This document shows, in pieces, positions 1-8,345 of a stretch of DNA of 16,199 bases. The notes under the pieces were generated by a model, which was not told the origin of the DNA, did not search any database, and was given only the letters and a program-made list of their open reading frames with translations. The position numbers were made by a program, and so were the translations under genes. Where the stretch lies: NCBI GenBank assembly GCA_002719295.1, contig PBHC01000009.1, positions 67,776 through 83,974 of the forward strand, in the 5' to 3' direction. Numbering within the stretch: position 1 is the first letter of the stretch; every line of letters starts with the position of its first letter. This stretch comes from Chloroflexota bacterium (lineage in GTDB: Bacteria > Chloroflexota > Dehalococcoidia > Lucifugimonadales > Lucifugimonadaceae).

Positions 1-233
1 CATAATAAAAAACATGGATAATCTATATCATGATCGAAGTGATGATGAGTAAAAAACAAGTTATCAATTTCAGTTGGAAATAAACCGCTTTTTACAAGTT
101 TATGAGTTGCAGCAGGACCGCAATCAAACATTATTTTTTCACCATCAATATCAGCTACATAAGCTGAACCAAATCTAGATTCAGTTGGAGTGGGAGTACC
201 TGCTCCTAAAATATATAACTTGTCTTTTTCCAT
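1..233 (-). CDS. MBL-fold metallo-hydrolase, RNase Z/AtsA arylsulfatase-like (N-terminal part; runs off the window edge)
   Basis: Not in the ORF track. Manual translation from ATG at 233 gives MEKDKLYILGAGTPTPTESRFGSAYVADIDGEKIMFDCGPAATHKLVKSGLFPTEIDNLFFTHHHFDHDIDYPCFLL..., with an LGxG-P start, FDCG and the HxHxDH metal motif. It begins 14 nt after the hppA stop. Confidence 0.88.
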   Translation of the reverse strand, partial: MEKDKLYILGAGTPTPTESRFGSAYVADIDGEKIMFDCGPAATHKLVKSGLFPTEIDNLFFTHHHFDHDIDYPCFLL

Positions 234-247
234 GATTTATAAAGTCT

Positions 248-2311
248 TTATCCTCCAACACTTAAGAATAGTGGTCCAAATACTATTGAAACCATAGCCA
301 TTAGCTTTAGAAGAATATTTAATGCAGGTCCACTAGTATCCTTAGTTGGATCTCCAACTGTATCTCCTATCACTCCTGCTTCGTGAGCAGCTGATCCTTT
401 TCCACCATGATTTCCTAACTCAATGTATTTTTTTGCATTATCTGCAGCACCACCAAAGTTATTAAGAAATATTGCTAATAGAAATCCTGAAATTATTGAT
501 CCTGCTAACATACTACCCAAAGCTTCTGGTCCTAAGAAAGGCAATATACCAACAATAATTGGTGCAAGGATTGCCAATGTTCCAGGAATTATCATTTCCT
601 TTAATGCTCCATTTGTAGAAATTTCTACAGCTTTTGCTACATCTGGTTTTACACCTTTTTTACCTTCTTTTAATCCTTTGATTTCCCTAAATTGTCTTCT
701 TACTTCTTCAATCATAGCTCCCGCGGCTCTTCCAACAGCAGCCATTGTAAGTCCAGCAAAAATAAATGGTAATAAACCACCAATAATGGCACCAACTAAT
801 ATTTTGGGATTTAGAAGATTTAATGTTGTTATCTCTGCAACAGTTGCATATGTTGCTAGTAGGGCAAGAGAAGTTAGAACAGCACTAGTTACTGAGATAC
901 CTTTACCAGTAGCTGCAGTTGTGTTACCTAAGCTGTCTAGAGCATCTGTTCTCTCTCTAACTTCTGGATCTAATCCAGCTTGTTCTGCTATCCCTCCAGC
1001 GTTATCACTAACAGGGCCGAAACTGTCAGTACTTAAAGTTATAGCTAAAGTACTAAGCATTCCTACTGAAGCTAAAGCAATTCCGTAAAGTCCCATAATA
1101 GGTTCTTCTACGGAGCCTCCTGCAAGCGTGAAGGAAATTAATATTCCAGCCGCAATAGTAATTGCAGGAATAACTGTTGAATACAAACCTACTGCTATAC
1201 CAGCAATAATTACAGATGCAGCACCTGTTTCAGATTGGGATGCCATCCATTTAACTGGCTTATATTCATATGAAGTGAAATATTCTGTAGCAGTTCCTAC
1301 TATTATTCCAAGTAAATTACCAAATAAAATAACCCATAATAAGTTAAAATCCATATCCTTGGCATTTATATAAATTGCAGTCCCAATTAATCCAAGAATA
1401 GTTGCACCAAAGATACCTATTCTAAAACTCCATAATAGATTATTCATTGATGCGCCTTCTTTTGTTCTTACTAGAAAGGTTCCAATGATAGATGCTAAAA
1501 CACCAATACTTGAAACTATGATTGGAAGAACAACTAAATCACTCGTTAAGCTTTGTGTGGCAACTACAGCTAAAGCAATTGTAGCGATTAGAGATCCAGC
1601 GTAAGATTCAAATAAATCTGCACTCATTCCTGCAGTGTCTCCCACCATGTCTCCAACATTATCAGCGATTGTAGCTGGGTTTCTAGGGTCATCTTCAGGA
1701 AGACCTGCTTCAACTTTACCAACTAAGTCAGCTCCTACATCAGCAGCTTTAGTGTAAACTCCACCAGCAACTCTGGCAAACAAACCAACACTACTAGCTC
1801 CAAAACCAAAACCGGCAATTACTGTAGGACTTTCAAAAATTAGATATAGAAGAGAGACTCCTAGTAAACCTACTCCAACTACAGCAAAACCAGGAACAGC
1901 TCCAGTGCTAAATGCAACACGCAAACCATTATTTAAGCTTTTTTGCGATGCTTCAGTTGTTCTAGAGTTTCCTCTAACAGCAGCGGCCATTCCAAAATAA
2001 CCAGCTAAAGCAGAACCAATTGCTCCTAATAGATAGGAGATTGACATATTTATATTTCCTTGACTAGTTCCTATTATCCCCAAAAGATCCAAGTCTATGA
2101 AAACAACTAGTATTACAAATACAGCAACTACAAAAATAGATAAAACTGTATATTCTCTTTTTAGAAATGCCATTGCTCCTTCATGTATAAGATTTCCTAT
2201 ATTTTGGACTTCCTCATTAGCAACTTTAATTCTTTGAACTCTTAAGAAAAGAATTCCTGCTACTAATAATGAAACAATAGACGCTATAACTCCATATAAT
2301 ATTTCAGACAT
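248..2311 (-). CDS. hppA: Membrane-integral pyrophosphatase, K+-dependent, probably Na+-translocating
   Basis: 687-aa polytopic protein with DVGADLVGKVE (DX7KXE), EDDPRN, DNAGGIAE, GNTTAA (Ala, the K+-dependent determinant), DLFESY, DNAKK and GDTVGDPxKDTSGP. A GGAGG SD lies at 2320-2324. Confidence 0.96.
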   Translation of the reverse strand: MSEILYGVIASIVSLLVAGILFLRVQRIKVANEEVQNIGNLIHEGAMAFLKREYTVLSIFVVAVFVILVVFIDLDLLGIIGTSQGNINMSISYLLGAIGSALAGYFGMAAAVRGNSRTTEASQKSLNNGLRVAFSTGAVPGFAVVGVGLLGVSLLYLIFESPTVIAGFGFGASSVGLFARVAGGVYTKAADVGADLVGKVEAGLPEDDPRNPATIADNVGDMVGDTAGMSADLFESYAGSLIATIALAVVATQSLTSDLVVLPIIVSSIGVLASIIGTFLVRTKEGASMNNLLWSFRIGIFGATILGLIGTAIYINAKDMDFNLLWVILFGNLLGIIVGTATEYFTSYEYKPVKWMASQSETGAASVIIAGIAVGLYSTVIPAITIAAGILISFTLAGGSVEEPIMGLYGIALASVGMLSTLAITLSTDSFGPVSDNAGGIAEQAGLDPEVRERTDALDSLGNTTAATGKGISVTSAVLTSLALLATYATVAEITTLNLLNPKILVGAIIGGLLPFIFAGLTMAAVGRAAGAMIEEVRRQFREIKGLKEGKKGVKPDVAKAVEISTNGALKEMIIPGTLAILAPIIVGILPFLGPEALGSMLAGSIISGFLLAIFLNNFGGAADNAKKYIELGNHGGKGSAAHEAGVIGDTVGDPTKDTSGPALNILLKLMAMVSIVFGPLFLSVGG

Positions 2312-2319
2312 GTTTTATT

Positions 2320-2324
2320 CCTCC
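2320..2324 (-). promoter_or_regulatory. Shine-Dalgarno site (GGAGG) of hppA
   Basis: The minus strand reads GGAGG-aataaaac-ATG, an 8-nt spacer. Confidence 0.8.
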
Positions 2325-2365
2325 GGGTCAAAAAGTTAGTACTGTATAAATTTACAATATCTATT

Positions 2366-2986
2366 TTAAATATTGAAGTAATTAGATAAACTTTTAGTGG
2401 TTTTTTCAGGATCTTTTGCCAAAGTTATTGCTGTAGCAATACAAACTGAATCAACTCCAGTTTCTATTACACTTTCGATATTTTGCTGATTTATCCCTCC
2501 TATAGCTACGATAGGTTTTGAACAAAAAGATTTTGCATCTTTCAGCATTTGTAAACTTGCAGGCCTAGTATTGTTTTTTGTAGTTGTAGGAAAAACACTT
2601 CCGATTGCAATATAAGTTGAATTATTTTTTTCAGATTCTTCAATTTCTGATAACAAGGCGTTTGAAGTTCCTATTAAAAGATCTTTATGAGTAATTTGTT
2701 TTACTAAATCTGGATATATATCATTTTGACCTAAATGAACTCCATCAGCTCCGGAAACACAAGCTATGTCAACTCTGTCATTTATAATTGAAACTGCATT
2801 ATAATCTGAGCATAATTTTGTAATTTTTTCTGCCCAAACGATTGTTTCTTTTACGTTGTCATGTTTATTTCTAAGTTGTATAACTCTTGCTCCACCATCT
2901 AGAACTTTTTTTGTCATATCAACTGGATTTTCAGAATTTATATAGTCTGGATCTATGATTACGTATATACCTTTAATGTCTTTCAT
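2366..2986 (-). CDS. thiE: Thiamine-phosphate synthase
   Basis: Motifs IQLRxK, IINDRVDIA, ADGVHLGQND, GSVFPTTTK and PIVAIGGIN; 206 aa. Confidence 0.95.
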   Translation of the reverse strand: MKDIKGIYVIIDPDYINSENPVDMTKKVLDGGARVIQLRNKHDNVKETIVWAEKITKLCSDYNAVSIINDRVDIACVSGADGVHLGQNDIYPDLVKQITHKDLLIGTSNALLSEIEESEKNNSTYIAIGSVFPTTTKNNTRPASLQMLKDAKSFCSKPIVAIGGINQQNIESVIETGVDSVCIATAITLAKDPEKTTKSLSNYFNI

Positions 2987-2988
2987 AA

Positions 2989-3609
2989 TTATATTTCTAT
3001 CATACTTTTAATTGGCTCAAAAGTTTTTCTATGTATGTTTGTAATACCGAATTCATTTATAGCTTCAATATGTTTTTTTGTTCCATATCCTTTGTTTTTT
3101 TCAAAATTATAATCAGGGAAATTTTTTGCATATTCCAATTTCATAAGATTATCTCTCTCTACTTTTGCTACTATTGATGCAGCTGAAATACTCTTAGATT
3201 TTTGATCTCCTTTAATTATACTTTTCTGAGGGATATCAATATCTAATGCCATGCTATCTATTAATAAATATTCAGGCTTTATCTCTAAATTATTTATGGC
3301 TCTAACCATAGATAATTTAACTGCATTTTGAATACCTATTTCATCAATTTCTTCAACTGAACAAATCCCTACAGAAATGTAGGCTATTTTTTTTATGTAA
3401 TCGTATAACTTTTCTCTTTTATTTTCACTGATTTTTTTAGAGTCATTAATTTCAGAAAAAATATCTGTGTTTAGCTCATCTGTGTTTTTTAAAATTGTTG
3501 CGCCTGAATATACAGGTCCAGCCAAACATCCTCTTCCAACTTCATCGATTCCGCAAATGTACTTATAATTTGAATCCCAAAGTTCTTTTTCAAAATCTAA
3601 GTTAGACAT
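2989..3609 (-). CDS. rnhB: Ribonuclease HII
   Basis: Motifs GIDEVGRGCLAGPV, NDSKK, LLID, KGD...SISAASIVAKVERD, KGYGT and HRKTF. The start overlaps the mnmA stop (ATGTCTAA). Confidence 0.97.
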   Translation of the reverse strand: MSNLDFEKELWDSNYKYICGIDEVGRGCLAGPVYSGATILKNTDELNTDIFSEINDSKKISENKREKLYDYIKKIAYISVGICSVEEIDEIGIQNAVKLSMVRAINNLEIKPEYLLIDSMALDIDIPQKSIIKGDQKSKSISAASIVAKVERDNLMKLEYAKNFPDYNFEKNKGYGTKKHIEAINEFGITNIHRKTFEPIKSMIEI

Positions 3610-4711
3610 TCGCTTCTGTTTTTAACGGGATGGAATTTTTTATAATTCCTCCTCCTAAAACTTTTTCTCCTTGATATAAAACAACTGGTTGTCCTGGTGT
3701 GATTGCTCTCACTGGTTTATCAAAGACTACAGAAATTTTATCTTTGGAAATTAGATTCAATGTTGCTTCTTGTTCTATAGCGTTATATCTAATTTTTGCT
3801 TTAACTTTAATTTTGTTTGTTGGCGTGATACCATCAGCCCAGTTGATTTGATCTGCAATTAATTCTTTTTCAAATAGTTTTTCATTATCAGAAATAATAA
3901 CTTCACCATTAGAACTATTTATACTTTTGACATATACCTTTTTATTTAATCCGCCGATTTCAATTCCTTTTCTTTGTCCAATAGTAAAATTATGAATTCC
4001 ATCGTGTTCTTTTAATTTTTCACCACTTTCACTATAAATATTACCTTTGATTGGTTTGATTTTATTTTTTAAGAAATCTCGATAATTTCCTTTTGGTATA
4101 AAGCATATATCTTGAGAATCTGGTTTTTCAGCATGTGAAAGATTATATTTTTTAGCAATATTACGTATTTCTTCTTTAGAATAATTTCCTACTGGAAATA
4201 AAAGTCTTTTTAATTTTTCTTGCCCAAGTGTAAATAAAACATATGATTGATCTTTATTCTGATCGGATGCTTTTTCTACACTATATTTCCCATCTATATT
4301 TGTTACTTTAGCGTGATGTCCTGTTGCAATAAATTCTGCTCCTAACTCATCAGCTTTATTAAACAAAGAATCAAATTTTAAACTATGATTACATGATAAG
4401 CATGGGTGAGGAGTTCTTCCTTCTTGATACTCATTTACAAACTTATTCATTACTTTATTCTTAAATTGATCAACCATATTAGTGTAATAATGCCTTGCAC
4501 CTATAACACTACATGTTTTTCGAGCATCATTTACATCGTCTAAAGAACAGCAGGATTTATTTAATACATTAGAATTTTTAAAAGGGTTGTCAAACAGCCT
4601 CATTGTTATCCCTACAACTTCGTACCCTTGTTCATGAAGTAGTATAGCTGCAACTGAGGAATCTACCCCTCCGCTCATTGCAACTAATACTCTAGATTTA
4701 TTTTTTTTCAT
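3602..4711 (-). CDS. mnmA: tRNA 2-thiouridine(34) synthase MnmA (C-type, CxxC)
   Basis: PP-loop AMSGGVDSSV, GRTPHPCLSCN, ATGH, KDQSYVL, KPDSQDICF, TIGQRKG and AITPGQ. Confidence 0.97.
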   Translation of the reverse strand: MKKNKSRVLVAMSGGVDSSVAAILLHEQGYEVVGITMRLFDNPFKNSNVLNKSCCSLDDVNDARKTCSVIGARHYYTNMVDQFKNKVMNKFVNEYQEGRTPHPCLSCNHSLKFDSLFNKADELGAEFIATGHHAKVTNIDGKYSVEKASDQNKDQSYVLFTLGQEKLKRLLFPVGNYSKEEIRNIAKKYNLSHAEKPDSQDICFIPKGNYRDFLKNKIKPIKGNIYSESGEKLKEHDGIHNFTIGQRKGIEIGGLNKKVYVKSINSSNGEVIISDNEKLFEKELIADQINWADGITPTNKIKVKAKIRYNAIEQEATLNLISKDKISVVFDKPVRAITPGQPVVLYQGEKVLGGGIIKNSIPLKTEANV

Positions 4712-4799
4712 TTTATTTTGTTTATATGATTAAAATTTTAGTTGATATACACTAAAATTAAATAAAGATAACAAAGAAATTATATCAAAGGATTTTGTT

Positions 4800-5153
4800 A
4801 TAAACACAAAAGATTTTTCACAACTAGTATCTGATACTGCTCAAATTATGAGTGATCAATTGCTTTCTAACGTCCTAATGTTGGATGTTTCAAAGCAATC
4901 TAATTATTTTGGTTATTTTATAATTGCTACTGGAATGACTACTCAACACTTGCAATCTTCAACTACAGAAATATCAAAATTCTTAAAATCAAATAATATT
5001 AGGATCAATCATAAAGAAGGATTATCTAATAGTGGATGGGTACTTCTAGATTTTCCAGGATTAGTAATCCATCTTTTCTTAGAAGATCAAAGAGAAAAGT
5101 ACGACCTTGAAACATTATGGTCTAAATCTGCAGAAATCTTAAGGATTTTATGA
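4800..5153 (+). CDS. rsfS: Ribosome silencing factor RsfS (Iojap family); probable non-canonical ATA start at 4800 (the ORF track uses ATG 4848)
   Basis: Motifs LDV...YFIIATG and GWVLLDF..LVIHLF...REKYDLETLW. The frame is open upstream of 4848 and supplies the N-terminal helix. AAGGA sits 7 nt before ATA 4800. Confidence 0.88.
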   Translation: MNTKDFSQLVSDTAQIMSDQLLSNVLMLDVSKQSNYFGYFIIATGMTTQHLQSSTTEISKFLKSNNIRINHKEGLSNSGWVLLDFPGLVIHLFLEDQREKYDLETLWSKSAEILRIL

Positions 5154-5600
5154 TTCTACAATCCAAGAATCTGTAGCCTTCTGATAATTTAAGATTTCAT
5201 TTTTATCAAAGAATATATTAACTTCTCTTTGAGCATCTTCTATAGTTGCAGATCCATGAATGAGGTTTCTTGAAATTTCTAAGCCAAAGTCTCCTCTTAT
5301 GGTTCCAGGCTCGGATTCTAGAGGGTTAGTTTTTCCAATCAAACTTCTAGATTTTTGAACAGCATTAGGACCGCTAAGTGCTAAAGCAATTATAGGAGCA
5401 GAACATATATATTCAACAAGATCATTGAAAAATGGTTTTCCATCATGTTCAGCATAATGCTTTTTAGCTAAGGCTTCATCAACATGTAAAAGCTTAAGAC
5501 CACTTATTTTCAATCCAGATCTTTCAAGTCTTTGTAAAATTTCACCTGATAGAGATCTTTGAACTCCATCTGGCTTGATTAATATAAGTGTAGTTTCCAT
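5148..5600 (-). CDS. ndk: Nucleoside diphosphate kinase
   Basis: Motifs TLILIKPDGVQR, HYAEHDGKPFF, PGTIRGDF and NLIHGS (phospho-His). A GGAG SD is immediately upstream. Confidence 0.97.
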   Translation of the reverse strand: METTLILIKPDGVQRSLSGEILQRLERSGLKISGLKLLHVDEALAKKHYAEHDGKPFFNDLVEYICSAPIIALALSGPNAVQKSRSLIGKTNPLESEPGTIRGDFGLEISRNLIHGSATIEDAQREVNIFFDKNEILNYQKATDSWIVES

Positions 5601-5609
5601 TTTTTCTCC

Positions 5610-6224
5610 TTAATTTATAAATTTTTTATATGGTTCTTTAGGTATGCTAATTGAAGGTTCTCTAGCATAAATAGGTAATATATTTTCAGGTTCTGTATAT
5701 CCAAAATTTTCAATAATATATTTAGATGTTTTTAATATATTATCGTATGGTCTAGGATTTTTTTGCCCTAGGTCATCTGTTTCTCCGCAATATTTATTCC
5801 CTTCATATTTTGTGTCTTTTGTAATTCCAGAGTTTGAAGGAGTGTATATACCGTTTTTAAACTCAGCCCAACTTGTCATATTTTTACCGCATTGAATTAT
5901 TGAAATTATTTCTTTCTCATCTAATACATAATCTATTCCTTGAACTAAATGAGTTGGTAAGGAAACCATTTTTAAATTTTTGGATAAAGATATTGCCAAA
6001 GAGAAAGAAATACCTATTCTTATAGAGTTGAATCCTCCGGGACCAACTAGAATCCCAATATAATCTAAATCATTTATTGAATCTTTTATTTCAGAAAAAT
6101 AATCATTTATTTCTTCACTATGATTATTATTGCTTAACCAAGACTTTGAATATATTAATTTATTGTCTTTTGATAAGAACATAGAGCTGTTTTTAGTAGA
6201 TGTATCTATAAATAAATGATTCAT
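5610..6224 (-). CDS. tsaB: t6A biosynthesis protein TsaB (YeaZ)
   Basis: Motifs LFIDTS, NHSE, GPGGFNSIRIG (GPGSFTGLRIG-like) and C-terminal PIYAREP. It has an ATGA overlap with tsaE. Confidence 0.9.
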   Translation of the reverse strand: MNHLFIDTSTKNSSMFLSKDNKLIYSKSWLSNNNHSEEINDYFSEIKDSINDLDYIGILVGPGGFNSIRIGISFSLAISLSKNLKMVSLPTHLVQGIDYVLDEKEIISIIQCGKNMTSWAEFKNGIYTPSNSGITKDTKYEGNKYCGETDDLGQKNPRPYDNILKTSKYIIENFGYTEPENILPIYAREPSISIPKEPYKKFIN

Positions 6225-6718
6225 TTTATTCCATTAATAAATTTTTTAGATTCTTTACCTGAAGAAAATAGTAAAAATTTTCTTTGATTCTCATTTTCTG
6301 TAAAATATATTTTTATAATAACGCAGTCATCAGGAAGACTTTTAATTATTCTTTCTGGCCACTCAATTAGAGTAGCAGTTTCTTCAAAATATTCTTCTAT
6401 TCCTAATTCTTCTTCTTCTAAACCTTCTTCCATTCTGTAAAAATCACAATGAGTTATATTTATTGGACCTTCGTAATTATTGATTAATACAAATGTAGGG
6501 CTTCTAACAAATCCATCACTCTTAGTTCCTTTTACAATACTTCGAACTAATTCTGTCTTTCCAGCTCCTAAATCACCTGATAATAGAATGATAGTTCCAT
6601 TAGATACTTTTTTACCTATCCTTAAGCCCAGCTCATTAGTGTCATTCAATGAGTTTGAGACTATAGTTTCTTCTAATGTTTCATTAGATTTTGAAAAATG
6701 TTCAAATTTATTATCCAA
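6221..6718 (-). CDS. tsaE: t6A biosynthesis ATPase TsaE (YjeE); start TTG 6718 (overlapping the thiL stop) or TTG 6727
   Basis: Walker A GDLGAGKT, plus SPTFVL, HCDFYR and IEWPE. Confidence 0.95.
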   Translation of the reverse strand: MDNKFEHFSKSNETLEETIVSNSLNDTNELGLRIGKKVSNGTIILLSGDLGAGKTELVRSIVKGTKSDGFVRSPTFVLINNYEGPINITHCDFYRMEEGLEEEELGIEEYFEETATLIEWPERIIKSLPDDCVIIKIYFTENENQRKFLLFSSGKESKKFINGIK

Positions 6719-7667
6719 AATGATCAAAGCTTTCTGAAGTTAAGTTGATTTTTTTATTATTTTTATAAAAAATCAATTCAGGATCTTTATTCCCTGTTAC
6801 TTTTCCAATTATTGAAATGTTAATTTTTTCTTTTAGAGATTTCATTTTACTAATTGGTGCTATTAGTATCAATTCATATTCTTCACCTGAAGTGAGAATT
6901 TTATTTTCAAGATTCTTTTTAAAATATTCTTTTAAAAAGTTGTCATATGGGATTTTGTCAAAATCAATTTCAATTTTTACATTTGAAGATTCACTTATTC
7001 TTCTTAAATCTTTACTTAGGCCATCAGAAATATCCATACCACAAATAATACCTGATTCTATAGCTGCTTTTCCTTCATTTATTCTAGGTATAGGTTCTAA
7101 GAATTTTTTTGTTTGTTTATTTGAAATACTTTTATTTGTTTCTATCATTTCAAAACCAGCAATTGAATTTCCTATCTCTCCCGTAATTGCAACAACATCA
7201 CCTAAATTAGCTTTATCTCTTCTAAGTGATTTTTTGTTTAGAAAATTTTTTCCAATTGCAGAAATTGATATGAAAATTTCTTTACTTCTTACGATGTCAC
7301 CGCCAACCAAATAACCTCCATATTTTTTAGATGCGCTGTCCATTCCTTTGTATAAATCAGTTAGTTGTTTTTTTGTTATATTCTTATTGATACCTAGAGT
7401 TATTGTAAATGCCAATGGATGCCCTCCCATTGCAGCAATATCACTTTGATTTGAAACTATTGCTTTCCATCCAACATTAAAGAAGTCTGTGTCTTTTCTA
7501 AAATGTACATCTTGTACAACAGCATCAGCACAAAAAATTAGTTCATCAGAGTCCAATTTGATAATTGCAGCATCGTCTCCAACTCCTAACCAATTAGTTG
7601 GTATTTGACTAATGCTTTCATAATTTTTAGATAAAAAATCTATAAATTGTTCTTCATTCTTAATCAT
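6711..7667 (-). CDS. thiL: Thiamine-monophosphate kinase
   Basis: Motifs GVGDDAA, VHF, GWKAIVSNQSDIAAMGG, LVGGD, MDISDGL and GEEYEL. It has a TAATG overlap with the upstream gene. Confidence 0.95.
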   Translation of the reverse strand: MIKNEEQFIDFLSKNYESISQIPTNWLGVGDDAAIIKLDSDELIFCADAVVQDVHFRKDTDFFNVGWKAIVSNQSDIAAMGGHPLAFTITLGINKNITKKQLTDLYKGMDSASKKYGGYLVGGDIVRSKEIFISISAIGKNFLNKKSLRRDKANLGDVVAITGEIGNSIAGFEMIETNKSISNKQTKKFLEPIPRINEGKAAIESGIICGMDISDGLSKDLRRISESSNVKIEIDFDKIPYDNFLKEYFKKNLENKILTSGEEYELILIAPISKMKSLKEKINISIIGKVTGNKDPELIFYKNNKKINLTSESFDHFG

Positions 7668-8281
7668 TATTCTTTTACTGAGCTTAATGAATCTCCTGCA
7701 CCTAAACCTCCAGCTACTATTATTCTCATAGCTTTCTCTGCTGATATGTTAAGATGCTTGATTTTATTTGTAGGCACAATTGATAACCATCCAGTATTAG
7801 GAACAGGAGTTGAAGGCATATAAACAAATCCGTGTTCTTCTCCATCAAAATTTATTACATTTGTGAGAAATCCGATAGTCCAGTTATTATCTTTTGGGTA
7901 TTCAATAGCTACAACCTGACTAAAACCACCTTTTTTACCACCACCAGAGAATGCGGTAGATACTTGTTTTGAAGTTGTATAAACTCCATTTATTAGCGGA
8001 AGTTTACCCACTATAATTTCAAAAACTTTAAGTGAACTTTTTACAATACGATTTGAAGAGAGTGCTCCAACTAGAAAAACTAATACAAATAAAGTTATAA
8101 AACTTGCTCCTGGAATATTGTTTCCAAATATCCATCTGAAAACAGGCTGTAATATTGAATCTAGACTATTAAAGGCAAAAGATACTACAAAATAAGTTAC
8201 AGCTAATGGAAAGAGTAACAACAATCCTAAAATATATCTTTTTTTTATATATTCATAAATTTTTTTTCCAACATTATCCAT
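7667..8281 (-). CDS. DUF502 family membrane protein
   Basis: Two N-terminal TM segments (GLLLLFPLAVT), then LPLINGVYTTSKQV, VVAIEYP, IGFLT and VYMPSTPVPNTGW. An AGGAG SD lies upstream. Confidence 0.9.
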   Translation of the reverse strand: MDNVGKKIYEYIKKRYILGLLLLFPLAVTYFVVSFAFNSLDSILQPVFRWIFGNNIPGASFITLFVLVFLVGALSSNRIVKSSLKVFEIIVGKLPLINGVYTTSKQVSTAFSGGGKKGGFSQVVAIEYPKDNNWTIGFLTNVINFDGEEHGFVYMPSTPVPNTGWLSIVPTNKIKHLNISAEKAMRIIVAGGLGAGDSLSSVKE

Positions 8282-8345
8282 AAAACTCTCCTAGTTCCAT
8301 TATTACATTTATATTATGGAGAGTATATGTAAATATTTATTGGAA

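Noticed and set aside
423..1373. Plus-strand ORFs 423-1088 (221 aa) and 1128-1373 (81 aa)
   Set aside because: These are antisense shadows of hppA in codon register, as expected opposite a hydrophobic Gly/Ala/Ile-rich gene. They show no motifs.
6480..7314. Plus-strand ORFs 6480-6737 and 6817-7314
   Set aside because: They are antisense to the well-supported tsaE and thiL and have the S/F/L/I-rich composition typical of shadow frames.
2312..8345. TPP riboswitch expected near thiE or thiL
   Set aside because: The spacers are short and none shows the conserved TPP aptamer segments such as CUGAGA. Both genes are internal to operons.
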